Below are positions 27,205 through 39,330 of a DNA stretch of 64,000 bases, in pieces. The position numbers were made by a program, and so were the translations under genes. Numbering within the stretch: the stretch's first letter is position 1; each line of letters begins with the position of its first letter. The DNA comes from Lama guanicoe. Its lineage: Eukaryota. The notes under the pieces were generated by a model. The model ran no database searches. It saw only the letters and a program-made list of their open reading frames with translations, and was not told where the DNA came from. Location: NCBI GenBank assembly GCA_013239625.1, contig MU054323.1, positions 15,876,029-15,940,028 of the forward strand. The letters are read 5' to 3'.

Positions 27205-27762
27205 TGAAGGAATTCAAATCATGCCACACCAAAATATACCTCCTTGGCTGAAGGCACTTGAGAAATAGCAGACACATACAGGGCTCTCTGACCCCCTTTC
27301 TACTTAAAAGCAGGTCATAAAATTTCTCATGAGAAAGGTGCCCTCCCTGTAGCACGAGAACATTCTTATCACCAGAGACTGGGAGCTGATGTTGAAACAG
27401 ATTTGTCCAAACAAACCTACTAAAGTGAGCCTGATCTCCCATTAGTTTCCCCATATATTTTCTAGTCACTGTCCCACAACTTACTGCCCCTAGCCCAAAC
27501 CCCTTTGCTTTGTCACATCTCCACAATTTACTCTCGTCTGTGTAAAATGGTATACAATCTGTTGGGCCTAATGGCTTCTCCAGGTCTTCACTTTCCTTCT
27601 AAAGACAGGTAAAAATAGTAAATACATGTACATGTAAAATTAAATACATGTACATGTAAAAATATTAAATAAACTTGTATGCTTTTCTCCTGTTAATGTG
27701 TCTTATTTATGTCAGTCTAATTCTCAGGCCAGTCACAGAACTTAAGAGGGTATGAATTTTCA
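27205..27762 (+). mobile_element. ERV1 solo LTR, MER34-like
   Basis: Starts tgaaggaattcaaatcatgccacaccaaaatatacc; ends ttctcaggccagtcacagaacttaagagggta. Confidence 0.7.
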
Positions 27763-27803
27763 AAAGTAGTACACCTAGAAATACATTAACATGGCTTACC
27801 TAC

Positions 27804-28058
27804 CTAAAATCAGGTGCATTCTGTCTTTGTTAATTTCTGGCAAAGATTTAGCACTAGGTGTTGCACTTGATGCTTGGTTTAAACTGACAGGTGTAGAACG
27901 TTTCTGTAAACCAGATACTGCCGCTGCTTCTGCTGACTCTGAACATGTAAATCCTGTGCTATTCAACCAAAGTGCCACTGCATGGAGAATGGGAGCCCAG
28001 GAATTTCGATAGTGAAGTCGAGCTGTATCAATGGTCTCAGGAGTATAAAATGCACCAC
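27804..28058 (-). CDS. HEATR5B: HEATR5B coding exon 11/18 (255 nt)
   Basis: ttatag|GT GGT...TTA G|gtaggt; [36 protein letters not shown]...NKDRMHLIL. Donor chosen by phase; a second GT lies 4 nt downstream. Confidence 0.92.
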
Positions 28059-28134
28059 CTATAAAGCAATCAAATCAATCAAAAATATTATTTCTATTGT
28101 AAGTATTCACTTACTAAAAATACCCATCACATAA

Positions 28135-28432
28135 TGTCTTAGCACATCTGGGCTGCTGTAAGAAAATACCACAGACTGGGTGGCTTATAAAAAACAGAAA
28201 TATATTTCTCACAGTTCTGGAAGCTGGAAGTCTGAGGTCAAGGTACCAGTACGGTTGGAGGTTGGGTGAGGGCCCTCCTGCTTCACAGCCAGGGCCTTCT
28301 TGCTGTGTTCTCACACGGTGGGAGGGGCTGAGGAGCTCTGCGGGGCCTCTTTTACAAGGGGACTACTCCCACTTATGAAAGCAACACCCTCACGACCTAA
28401 GCACCTCTCAAAGGCCCCCCTCCTAATACTCA
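28135..28432 (-). mobile_element. MaLR LTR (MLT1-like)
   Basis: tgtcttag...gggctgctgtaagaaaataccacagactgggtggcttataaaaaacagaaatatatttctcacagttctggaagctggaagtc. Confidence 0.85.
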
Positions 28433-29060
28433 GATCACAGCACATACAAAAGAGCAATTTGGACAAGCAGATTCTCCTACAGAGTTACCAAAACTAGCGT
28501 CTTTCCTGGAGCTGCTGACCTGGAGTGCCTGGTACTTCCTAGATGATGCTAGGGCTTCTAGCCTTTCCTCTGCTTAATGCTGATGCTACTAAGTGCCCTC
28601 TCCCTTTCCCTACCCGTAGTCACAGGCCTCCTCTTCACTGTCGCCAGCGACTCTTAAAACCCTTATCACCTTCCCGTTCTCTCATAAGCAAAGGAACTCA
28701 GTCTTTTTTCTTTTTTACTTTTCTGCAAAGTCTTCCCTTCCTCCTGTTTTCTCTATCAAACTGAAGACTTCCTCATCTGTCCCTGCACACACACACTGAC
28801 CAACACAGCAATATACTTCATCATGGTTAGGCACAATGACTTGTTACACATAGTTATTTAGAGTACTCTAGCTCATACAGTTATTACTATAACAATGAGA
28901 ACATTTTTGCTTTGGCTAACAAATAAGTCTACTGCTGTATTTGAATCCACAAATTAAATATGGATGCTCTTAAATGAGAGAATGTCAAGTTTAAGACCAC
29001 AGAAATTTAAGATGTTATTATTACTACTGTAGCTAACTTCCACCAATTCCATTTTGCTTA

Positions 29061-29348
<288 letters not shown>

Positions 29349-29656
29349 CTAGTAAGATATTCAGGAGGAGAAAATAACAAGGCATAATATTAAGAAATGA
29401 TATATCCTAAGTTGTTATGATTATTCAGTTGAACCATCAAAAGTAACTGAGTACAGATACTAGAAAGTAAACAACTTCAGGATTTCCTGATAACCTCAAA
29501 AGAATAAATTCCACCTGCTTTGGAGGCAATCTTTTTTTTTTTAATAGATCTGACTTCTGACTATTCCTTTCATAGCGTATTCCTTGAGTAGGGTTCTCTG
29601 AATTTTTTCTGGCTTCTCTTGTTCTACTTTACAAAGCACCCTTTTATATGTGGTTT

Positions 29657-29681
<25 letters not shown>
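29657..29681. repeat. (CT)n microsatellite
   Basis: Seen directly. Confidence 0.95.
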
Positions 29682-29691
<10 letters not shown>

Positions 29692-32123
29692 GCCATAGGA
29701 TATAACTTCCTGTTTACTGCCTTTGCTTTCATAGACTTATTAGACACAATCAGCCAGCATTCAAAGAAAAAAGCTGAGAGGTGGAGGGGTCATAGCAAGA
29801 ATTTCCATAAATATCCTTCAAAATCTCTTCTTACATAGTCCTTAAGTGATATTTAGCATTCTAGTCCTTGCAACAGATGGCCGAGCCAAGAATATAATTT
29901 ACTGGCCACATATATTATCTGTATCTTTTCTCTTCATTTTGTAAACCAAAAAAAGATGTATAATAGCAACTTCCTAAAATATAATCTTAAAGATTCCTCC
30001 TTGTTGAAGTTACTTTTGTTCGTTTGTTTTCTTCTGTTTCTGCACATACATTTAGGCTTTGGCAACTGGCATACAGATGAATTACACATCAATGAAAAAG
30101 CAAAAAAACAAGGGGGTGGGCCGGTGGGGAGTAAGAGTAAGAAAGAAAATTGCAGTACATAAAAATCTTGAGAAACCAATTTACCCCACACAGTGTTTCT
30201 TTCACTGTACGTAAGAGGAAGTCTATGTATGTGAACAGGGATACTACTAGCTTCTTGATGGCAAGGTCTTATCTCTGTTCCTACGACAAGCAGACAGCTA
30301 TGGCACAGTAAAGGACTAAGTTTAGACTATGATTACAAGAAACGATGAATCCTCATTTTTGAGGAAAAGCATTCCTTAACACTGCGATGTTCTTTAACAG
30401 TTAGTTACAGTCAGTTAGTTATACTAATACCTGACAATTAGAAGCAGGAACTAATTTCTGGAGTGAGGACTTTGAATTTTAAGTCAAAAATATACCATAT
30501 TCATATTTTCTAGTGGTTTTAAGCTTGCTTTCTTCCTCTAGATTATTATGCTGGTATCTTAAGAAAGTGTTTTAATAAGCACTCATAAGTATACTCGGCC
30601 ATTCACTCATCAAATCCTTACCAAGTACTGACTGTTGTCTTGCATTTGATATTGTTCTACGACCTGAGGCAACAAAGACAAATAACACCTATATACCAAA
30701 TATGGTTTTCACCTTCCACAAACTCGCAAACTAATATAATGATGGGAGAGTGAGAAAAGCGCTGTGAGAAGGGATTTGTTTTAATGATCTCTCTTCCCCA
30801 CCTCACTACGCATGTGCTCAGGTACAGTGCCTGGCACCTAACAGACACTCAACGGTTTGTGTAATGAATGAATAAATCACAGGGAGCACCAAGGACGGAG
30901 GAATCTTAATGGAGTATGAAAGAGGAGAGACAGGATTCAAAGACAAAAGTTCACCTGTTCACGAAGATGGAAGGTGGAGTTCCAGGCAGAGGGGAGAGCA
31001 AGAGCAAGAGCACAAGGAGAAGGAAACAGCGGGGCATTCTAATGAAACTGCAAGTGTTTGGATTAGACTGAGCACAGAATATAAGGCCGAAGTAGTTGAA
31101 GATTTTACCCTGTTGGTAATGGGAAAGCAAAGGAGTCACTGCAGGATTTAAAGGTCAGATGTATGTATTTTCCCTTGACTTTTAATTTTATTTTCAAAAT
31201 TATACCATAAAAAGTTTGGAAAATGAAACTTCAAAATTATTCATAATCCCTATTTCCAGGTTTTCACATTCTGACTTTGTAAGTAGTAGTTCTGTTGTAT
31301 AGAAAATTTTGTATTTAATTTTACCTATTAACATATTATAAGGGTTTCTATATGACTACTAGTTTTCATAACCATTATTCTTAAAGGCTGTGGTGGAAGA
31401 CATACACCTAACAATTTTCCTATAGTTGAAATTTTACATTTACTTCTGATTCTTTACTTAGGCTTGCGAATCTTAGAAAGATGAGACATAGTTTTCAAAG
31501 ACAAAAGGTGTTCAGTTCTTCACATTGTAAGTAACGTTCCAAGTAAACATTTTTGTAAACATCTCTCTTTTTCATATTTTAGATATTTTCCCCTAGGACA
31601 ATGTCCTAGAAATGAAATTACTGGGTCAGTGATTATAAATACTTTCACGGCTCTGAACAGACACTGTCAAATGCTTTCTAAAAGGGTTCTGTATTTTACA
31701 CTGCTATCTGTAATCTGAGAATATATACTTTAGAACTGTTTTTAAACAAATTTTGTGCTTATTTTTCTTATTAGGTATTATACAAGAAATACAGAAAAAT
31801 CAGAGGCATAAGTAAAATGAAGAAAATAAAACTACTCACAATCCTACCACTCAGATCTAACACTGTTAACATTCTAACCATGTTATATATACATACTCAC
31901 AGTCTTTTAAATAAAATGTTTGTATATAATGTCTAAATCAATTTTCTGCTCACTTAATACAATCATCTTTGGGTCAAGAAATACATTTATTTCTATTTCT
32001 TTGAGAACAATAAATAATATCACCATCAACATCTTTAAGGCAGAATCTTTGTATATATCCTTGATATTCCTTAGGATAAATTGATCAACTAATGTGCACA
32101 GTTTTAAAAAGTTTTTTGATATG

Positions 32124-32357
32124 TGGTTGACCCTTGAAAAGCATAGGTTTGAACTGTGCGAATCCACTTATACACGGATTTTGTTCAATAGTCAATACTA
32201 CAGTACTGCACGATCCACAGTTATTGAATCCACGAATGTGGAACCACGAATATACAGAGGGATCACATACATAGAGGGCTGACTGTAAGTTACAGGCAGA
32301 TTTCTGACTACGTGGAGGGTCTATGCCCCTAACTCCGGCATTATTCAAGGTCAACTG
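32124..32357. mobile_element. MER8-like Tigger MITE
   Basis: Terminal inverted repeats gttgacccttgaa ... ttcaaggtcaactg followed by TA; internal ggtttgaactgtgcgaatccacttatac. Confidence 0.85.
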
Positions 32358-32999
32358 TAATCATCCTTTAGAAGAGTTTTACTGATACTATCATTTAAAG
32401 AATCATGCTAATTTAGTTGAGAAATGTTTTTTATCTCCTCCCCTCATATGTTTATTTGTAGCTTGGTTTCCTCTTTGTGAATTATCAGTTCATATTATTT
32501 GCCCAAATTTGCATTTTAGAATGATTATTGTGAGAATCTGTGTGGGAACTGGGGGGAGGAAGGAGACTAGTAGTAGAAAAAAAAACAAATCAGGATGCAA
32601 ATTGCATAGAATAGGTGGCAGATGATGAGGACTCTAAGGCAGTGGGGAAAGAGAACAAATATATAGAGATGGAAAAGGTATAAATGATCTATTGCTAAAT
32701 TAAAAAGATAGTTGCTACATTGAAAGAGATTCCATTTTTATTTTGAAACTAAAGATATAGATAGATACACACATATACATACACACCCATTATACAGACA
32801 TATAAATGATTTATATGTGTACATATGCATAGTAATATATACCAACATATTAGCAGTAGTCACCTCTGGGTGATAAGATTACAGATTAGCTTTATTTTCT
32901 TTTTTATACTTTTTCTCTACATTCTGAATTTGCGTAGTGAGCATATGGACTCTTATTATCAGAACAAAATTACATTATTTTTCAACATATTAATGAAGT

Positions 33000-33900
33000 A
33001 AAATAAATAGGAACCTGAGTTACTAAGTAGATGTAAGATGAGGGGGTTTGAGGAAAAAGAAGTAGTCATGACTGATACCTAGGTTCTGGTCTGAAGACAG
33101 AAGGCAGGACCATTAGTAGGGATAAGGGGGGAAAAAGGGGAATGAGAAAACAGATACCTTATTTTAGACATGTAGGGTATGTGGTAGCTATGGGTCATTC
33201 AAGTGGAGATGTTCCATAAACAGACAAAAATAAGGGACTGGAATTTAGGAGAGAGCTTTGGGTGAAAAAGTAGATTTAGAATCTTTAATATACAAGTAAA
33301 AGCTATAGGGCATGGGTATGGATGAGACAGCCCAGAAAGAATGAAGAATGAATACTATAACAGGGGGCCTATAGCCAATATTTAATAGTAACTGTAAATG
33401 CAGTATAACCTTTAAAATTGTGAATCACTATATTGTACACCTGTAACTCATATAATATTGTACTTCAACTATAATTGAATCAAGAAAAAGTATGAAGAAT
33501 GAGAAGAGGGACAAGGAAAATACCAACTTTTAAAAAGCAGGTAGGCTAAGAGAAGCTAGCAAGTGAGGTTGATAAGGAACAATGAAAAGGAAAGAGCAGA
33601 ACCAAGGCAGTAGTGTCACAGAAGTCAAGGAGAACAAAGGATTTCCAGAGGACACAACATCATAGGCTGTAGAGAGGCCAAATAAGAAAGAGGCTGAAAA
33701 GTGTCCAGTGACGTGGAGAATTACAATATTTGCAATTTTAGTGAAGTAATTTCAATGGAATGGTGAGAGTAAACCCAGACTGCAGAGGACCGAAAAGCAG
33801 GTGACTAAAGAGTGGAGGATATGAAGATACTGAACTACTTCAGTGCAACTGAGATGGGAAGAGGTGAGTATGCAGAAGCAGCAGCTGAGTCAGGGGAGAA
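33000..33900 (-). mobile_element. L2 fragment interrupted by an L1 tail
   Basis: gacatgtagggtatgtgg...caagtggagatgtt; gtgtcacagaagtcaagg; ggctgtagagaggccaaataaga. Confidence 0.7.
33352..33486 (+). mobile_element. Short L1 3' tail with 16-bp TSD
   Basis: aattgtgaatcactatattgtacacctgtaac; TSD aaag(a/t)atgaagaatga at 33336-33351 and 33487-33502. Confidence 0.85.
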
Positions 33901-33989
33901 TGTAGGCAAGGAAAAAGAGCACGTAGAAGGAGACGCTGAAAGCACACAGAGGGGCCACATACCTGATAGCCCGAAGCCTGGAACAGCCC

Positions 33990-34280
33990 CATCCTGAGTC
34001 ATGCCTACTAACACCCACTCTCATCTTCCAGGTCTCAACTCAAGTATCACTCTCTCCAAGAAGCCTCCTCTGAACCCCCAGACTGTTCTAGGTGCCTCTG
34101 TCATGTGTTCACAACAGTCTGTACTTCTCCTATGATAACGCTCAATATTTCTGTTGCATACACTTGTCCACTAGTTTGTCTTCCTCAGTAAAAGTAGAAC
34201 ATTTGTCAAGTTCACCAGTGTATTCTCAACTGCTACCCTGGCACAGAGCTGGTGTTCAATAACACTTTGTTGAATGAATC
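33990..34280 (+). mobile_element. L2 3' end
   Basis: cttccaggtctcaactcaagtatcac...ccctggcacagagctggtgttcaataacactttgttgaatgaat. Confidence 0.75.
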
Positions 34281-34364
34281 AGAGAGTGGGAGGTAAGAGA
34301 ATGAGAAAAGATAATCCTGGGTTACGGGAAAACTTTAAAATAATAATAATTATTATATTAATCA

Positions 34365-35110
34365 CAGCTGATAACATTCATTGTGCATGCTTAATGGGTT
34401 GGGTATTGAGAAAGTCATTATTACCTCTTTTACTTCACAATATAATCCCATGAAATGTACATAATTATTATCCATACTTGAGAGTTGAGAAAACAGGTTT
34501 AGAGAAGCAGTTAAATAATCCATCAAAGGTCACACAGGTAAAAGAACAGTGATCAACTTATATAAATACAAAGACTTGAATTTGAAGTAACAATCTCTAG
34601 AGTTGGAAAACGAACATCCTCAATTTTCTGAGTAAAAAAGTAGAAGCAAAGATAGACCTTGAGTAGAGAAAACTAGAATGTGCTGGGCCTTTGAGGAAAA
34701 GGACTCAGGAAAGGAAGCTAAGCAAGGAGAATAGATTAGATAACATCACAGGCTGAGGCTTGAGGTGCAAATCATTTAAAATAATACAACCAAGTTACCC
34801 CACAATAAGAAAAGAGTTTCAAATTAAAATGTGCATTAATAATTTAGTTGAGGTTTTAACTTCTAACTTCTAAACTTCTAAAAACCAATTATTTATCTTC
34901 CATTCTGTGCCAGATGCAATGCTTGGACTTTTTATATACATCACCTTACATGAAGATATTACTGTATTTCCATGTTATAATAAAAAAAAAACTGAGGATC
35001 TGAGAGATCAAATCACTTGACCAAAGTCACAAAGATGGTAAATTATAAAGACAGAACTTGTTCTAGGGCCTTTAATTCAACATTTAATGCTGTTTATACT
35101 GAACTACGCC
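34365..35110 (-). mobile_element. Two MIR fragments (~34365-34540, ~34890-35110)
   Basis: gagaaaacaggtttagagaag...aaggtcacacagg; aaactgaggatctgagagatcaaatcacttgaccaaagtcaca. Confidence 0.7.
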
Positions 35111-36338
35111 AGACTTCCTGGTAGGTGAATCAAATGCAAGTCAGCAGAGAACCAGCTAATTGGCAAATGATCTTATGATCATCCAACTACATAATGGTCT
35201 CTTCATTTAGGGGAAATAATAAATGGGGTTGGGGAATTAAGAACAAATTTGGAAGCTATTTTTTTTAAATAAAAAAAATCACTCAATCAACTGGAATGTA
35301 ATTTCTAGAGACAAGAAAAGTAGTAGTAAGTTTTAGTTAACAATTAGATATGTGAAAATTAAAGAGTTTCTATTAATTTCAAAGTGAGAAAACAATCATA
35401 TTATAGTATCTAACTACTGTCCACCTAAAATTATTGATTTGCATTAATTTGAAAAAACTAAAATTTTATTAATAAGAACAAACATTTTATCAATGCAAAT
35501 ATTTTACTTGTCTAAGCCAAAAAAATGGCATCAGGGTAAAATAAAGGAACATTCAAGGATGCTCTATGCAAACAACTTGATCTAAAAATCAGAGAGAAAA
35601 ACTAATTTCCACAATACCTTATTGCTCTATTTTCCCTTCTGTGACAAACAAAAATCCACAAAAACCCAGGGGTTTTTATATAAACTATTGTCATCTGGAT
35701 GTCACATTCTTTGAGCCAGCAATTACCTATTAGGTGGTCACAGGCTGCTGATACCATGGAAATAGGGAAGTGAGATACTGGGTTGGCCAAAGAAGGAATA
35801 AAGAGCTACTTGAAATACCTGAGTACAGACGATAAGAATTTGAAAGCAACTAGCAGAAGGAATTTAGAAAAGTCAATTTAAAACAGTATCATTATTTTTT
35901 AAAAGTGGCTGTGGGAATTAAAGTGGTAAAACCAGCTGTTAAAAAATAAAACATACAAGCAAACAAAAAACCCTGTAGCCTCAGTATTGATCCATGGTGG
36001 CAAGTCTCCTGAAATTTAATCAAATAAAAGATTCTTGGCATAAAATTTTTCTATTATTTATATTCGCAAGTTTTCTCTGCCTAATTTTTTCATAGTAAGA
36101 AGAGTCCTTGTTCAATATAGATGTTTTCAAAAAACTGATTGAAAATATAATTTTCAAAGGTTCCATAAGTTTTTTAAGACAGAAATGTATATGTATTTCA
36201 GTGAGAAAGAGCAAATAACTGATTTTCAAAAAAAATTCCATACCAAAGGTCAGTTAAAATAAAAAAAAAAAAAGAAACAACTTCATTTTTAACTAAGAGG
36301 AATATAAAAACATTTGCTCATGGATGGAGAAATGATTA

Positions 36339-36539
<201 letters not shown>

Positions 36540-37049
36540 CTAGCCAGAGAAAAAAATATTAATTTTATATTAAAAAGTTAGCATTAAACATGTAAGAGAA
36601 TAGAATAAATATGATTTTTCCCCTAGGAGAAGAAATACAAAAACAAAACAAGTGAACAAAACAAAACAAAAAAATCTCAACACTGTATTTTAATATTTTT
36701 TTAATGAAAAATCAACAGCAAGTATTACGGAATTTATTGTAATGTGGAAAACAAAACAATATTTACTTATCATGTTTCCATTGTCTAATTTCACAAAAAT
36801 TTTAACAGGAAAAAATCTCTAAATCAGTTCAGTCATGAATAATTCATCAACATTTGTTTATTATAGGCAAAAGGTTATTCCGAGTGCTACAAAAGAGATT
36901 AAAAACACAAAAAAGTAAAGGGAAAAAATTTAGTCCCTGTACTCAGGTAAACAGATTAAATGAACATATGAAAATATTCTATGAATGTCATATTATACTT
37001 AAAAAAAGAGAAAAAACAGATTAATTCTGACAGGAGAAATGGGAATATT

Positions 37050-37989
37050 TAGCTATCAGGAAGTTTTGTGTGTATAGGTGCAGGGGCATTTCATGGAGGA
37101 AGAGACAAGATTAGGAGGGTTAACTGGGATCACATTACAGTATAATTTAAATTCTATGTGAGCTGAATTCAGACTTGTTCTGTAGGCAATCATGAGTTTT
37201 CAAGGCTTCTGAGCAGAGGAATATTATTAGAATTGTGCTTTAGGAAAAATAATTGAATACCAAGGATAGGAAAGAATGCATTTAGACAGTAAGCAATGTG
37301 TTCAGTTATGTGATTATTATATCATGGAACAGAGATAATATGGCTCAAACTGGGAGTGGAATGAAAAGGGAGAGGCATCTGAGAAAGACTTGGAAGTAGA
37401 AATGACAGGATTTGGAAATCAATTACATATATTTAGCGAGAGGGGGCAGTATGCAAAAGTATGAGGTGATAATCAAAGATCACCAAATTTTGATTGCCAA
37501 AGCTTCTAAGTTGGATGACTGGAAGAAAGGTGACACCCTTGCTTAAGAGAGATAACATATGAACACAGGAAAGTGATGGAGATGGGAAGTTAAGAGAGCA
37601 TGATTTTGACTGTGAACATTATGACATTATGAGTTCAAAGTACCAGTAAGAGGCACCTGGAAAGATATTCAGCAGACAGTTGGAAACATGGGTCTGGAAT
37701 TCAGAAGCAAAGACAAAGGTAACTATGTAGATCTGGGAATCCTTCACACCAAAGTGGTCATTAAAGCAATGGTACTAGGTAACTTTGTTCAAGGATTGAG
37801 TATTTAAAAAAAAGTCTTAAGGACAGAACACAGGGAAAATAACTAACCTTAAGAGACAAGTGGAATAAGAATAAACAATGAAAGAAATTGAAAAGAAGAT
37901 GCCAGAAAAGCAAAAGGAAAACCAGGCAAGTGTGGTGATACTGGAACCAAAGAAAGAATGTCAAGAAGGAAGGGGTGGTCTCATAGTGC
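37050..37989 (-). mobile_element. L2 fragment, host of the inverted L1
   Basis: ggaaatgacaggatttgg-like motif, gaaagatattcagcagacagttggaaacatgggtctggaattcag, aaaaccaggcaagtgtggtg. Confidence 0.75.
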
Positions 37990-38336
37990 TTCTTTTTTTT
38001 TTTCCAATTCAATAAAAGATTTTTTAAATTCTACAGTGCTTTACCATTTTCAAAAGTTTCACATACATGATTTCATATAATCCCATAACAACCCTTTCCC
38101 CCCCTACCTCTGTATTGCCCCTCCCCCTCCCTTCTCCCCACTGGTAACCACTAGTTTGTTCTCTACATCCGTGAGTCTGCTTCTTTTTTGTTTTATTTAC
38201 TAGCTTGTTGCATTTCTTAGATTCCACATATAAGTGATATTATACAGTATTTGTCTTCCTCTGTCTGGCTTATTCCACTTCGCATAATATCCTCCAACTC
38301 CATCTATGTTGCTGCAAATGGCAAAATTTCATTCTT

Positions 38337-38408
38337 ACTGAAACATTATGCTGTACACAAGAAATTAAAACATTGTAAATTGACTATACTTCAATTTAAA
38401 ATAAATAC
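38337..38408 (+). mobile_element. 72-bp L1 tail nested in L1, 12-bp perfect TSD
   Basis: actgaaacattatgctgtacacaagaaatt...cattgtaaattgactatacttcaattt; TSD aatttcattctt at 38325-38336 and 38409-38420. Confidence 0.85.
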
Positions 38409-38966
38409 AATTTCATTCTTTTCCATGGCTGAGTAGCATTCCATTGTGTGTGCGTGTGTGCTTGTATGTGTGTGTGTGTATACCACAGCTTCTCTGTCCA
38501 TTCATCTACTGACAGATGCTTAGGTTGCTTCCATATCTTGGCAACTGTAAATAATAAATACTGCTATCAGCAATGAGGTGCATGTATCTTTTTGAATTAG
38601 TGTTTTTGTTTTTTTCAGATATATATCCAAGAGTGGAATTGCTGGGTCATATGGCAATTCTATTTTTAGTTTTTTGAGAAATTCCATACTGTTTTCCATG
38701 CTAGCTGCACCAATTTATATTTCCACCAACAGTGTACAAGGGTTCCCTTTTCTCCACCCACATCCTCACCAACCATTTGTTATTTGTGTTCTTTTTGATG
38801 ATGGCCATTCTGACCAGTGTGAGGTGATATCTTATTGTGGTTTTAATTTGCATTTCCCTGACGGTTAGCAATGGCTGAGCATCTTTTCATGTGACTATTG
38901 GCCATCTGCATTTCCTCTTTAGAGAAATGTCTGTTCAGTTCTTCTGCCCACTTTTAAATCTGGTTG

Positions 38967-39131
38967 CTTTTTTTTTAAATTCTTTCATTTATTTTTAACT
39001 TTATTTTGGGGGGGCAGGTGGTGGAAGTAATTAGGCTTACTTATTTATTTTTAGAGGAAGTACTGAGGATTGAACCCAGGACTTTGTGCATGCTAAGCAT
39101 GTGCTCTACCACTGTGCTATACCCTCCCCCC
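38967..39131 (-). mobile_element. Vic-1-type SINE nested in L1, 11-bp perfect TSD
   Basis: gtactgaggattgaacccaggactttgtgcatgctaagcatgtgctctaccactgtgctataccctccccc; TSD aaatctggttg at 38956-38966 and 39132-39142. Confidence 0.92.
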
Positions 39132-39330
39132 AAATCTGGTTGTTTTTTTGATGTTGAGTTGTATGAGCTGTTTACATATGTTAGATATTAACCTCTTATT
39201 GGCCATGTCATTTGCAAATATCTTCTCCCATTCACTAGGCTGTCTACCATTTGTTTTGTGTAGTAGTTTTAAGTTACTAGTTTTTAAAATCAGTACGTTT
39301 TAATGGAAACAACTTGCCCAAAAATCTATC

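Larger units (their letters stand above)
37990..39245 (-). mobile_element. L1 3' segment (ORF2 end, 3' UTR, A-tail): non-inverted part of a 5'-inverted L1
   Basis: gattccacatataagtgata, gaattgctgggtcatatgg, tttgcatttccctga, tttgcaaatatcttctcccattc. Confidence 0.92.

Noticed and set aside
27619..27661. Repeated CATG cores as a p53 response element
   Set aside because: Flanks do not fit RRRCWWGYYY; better explained as slippage.
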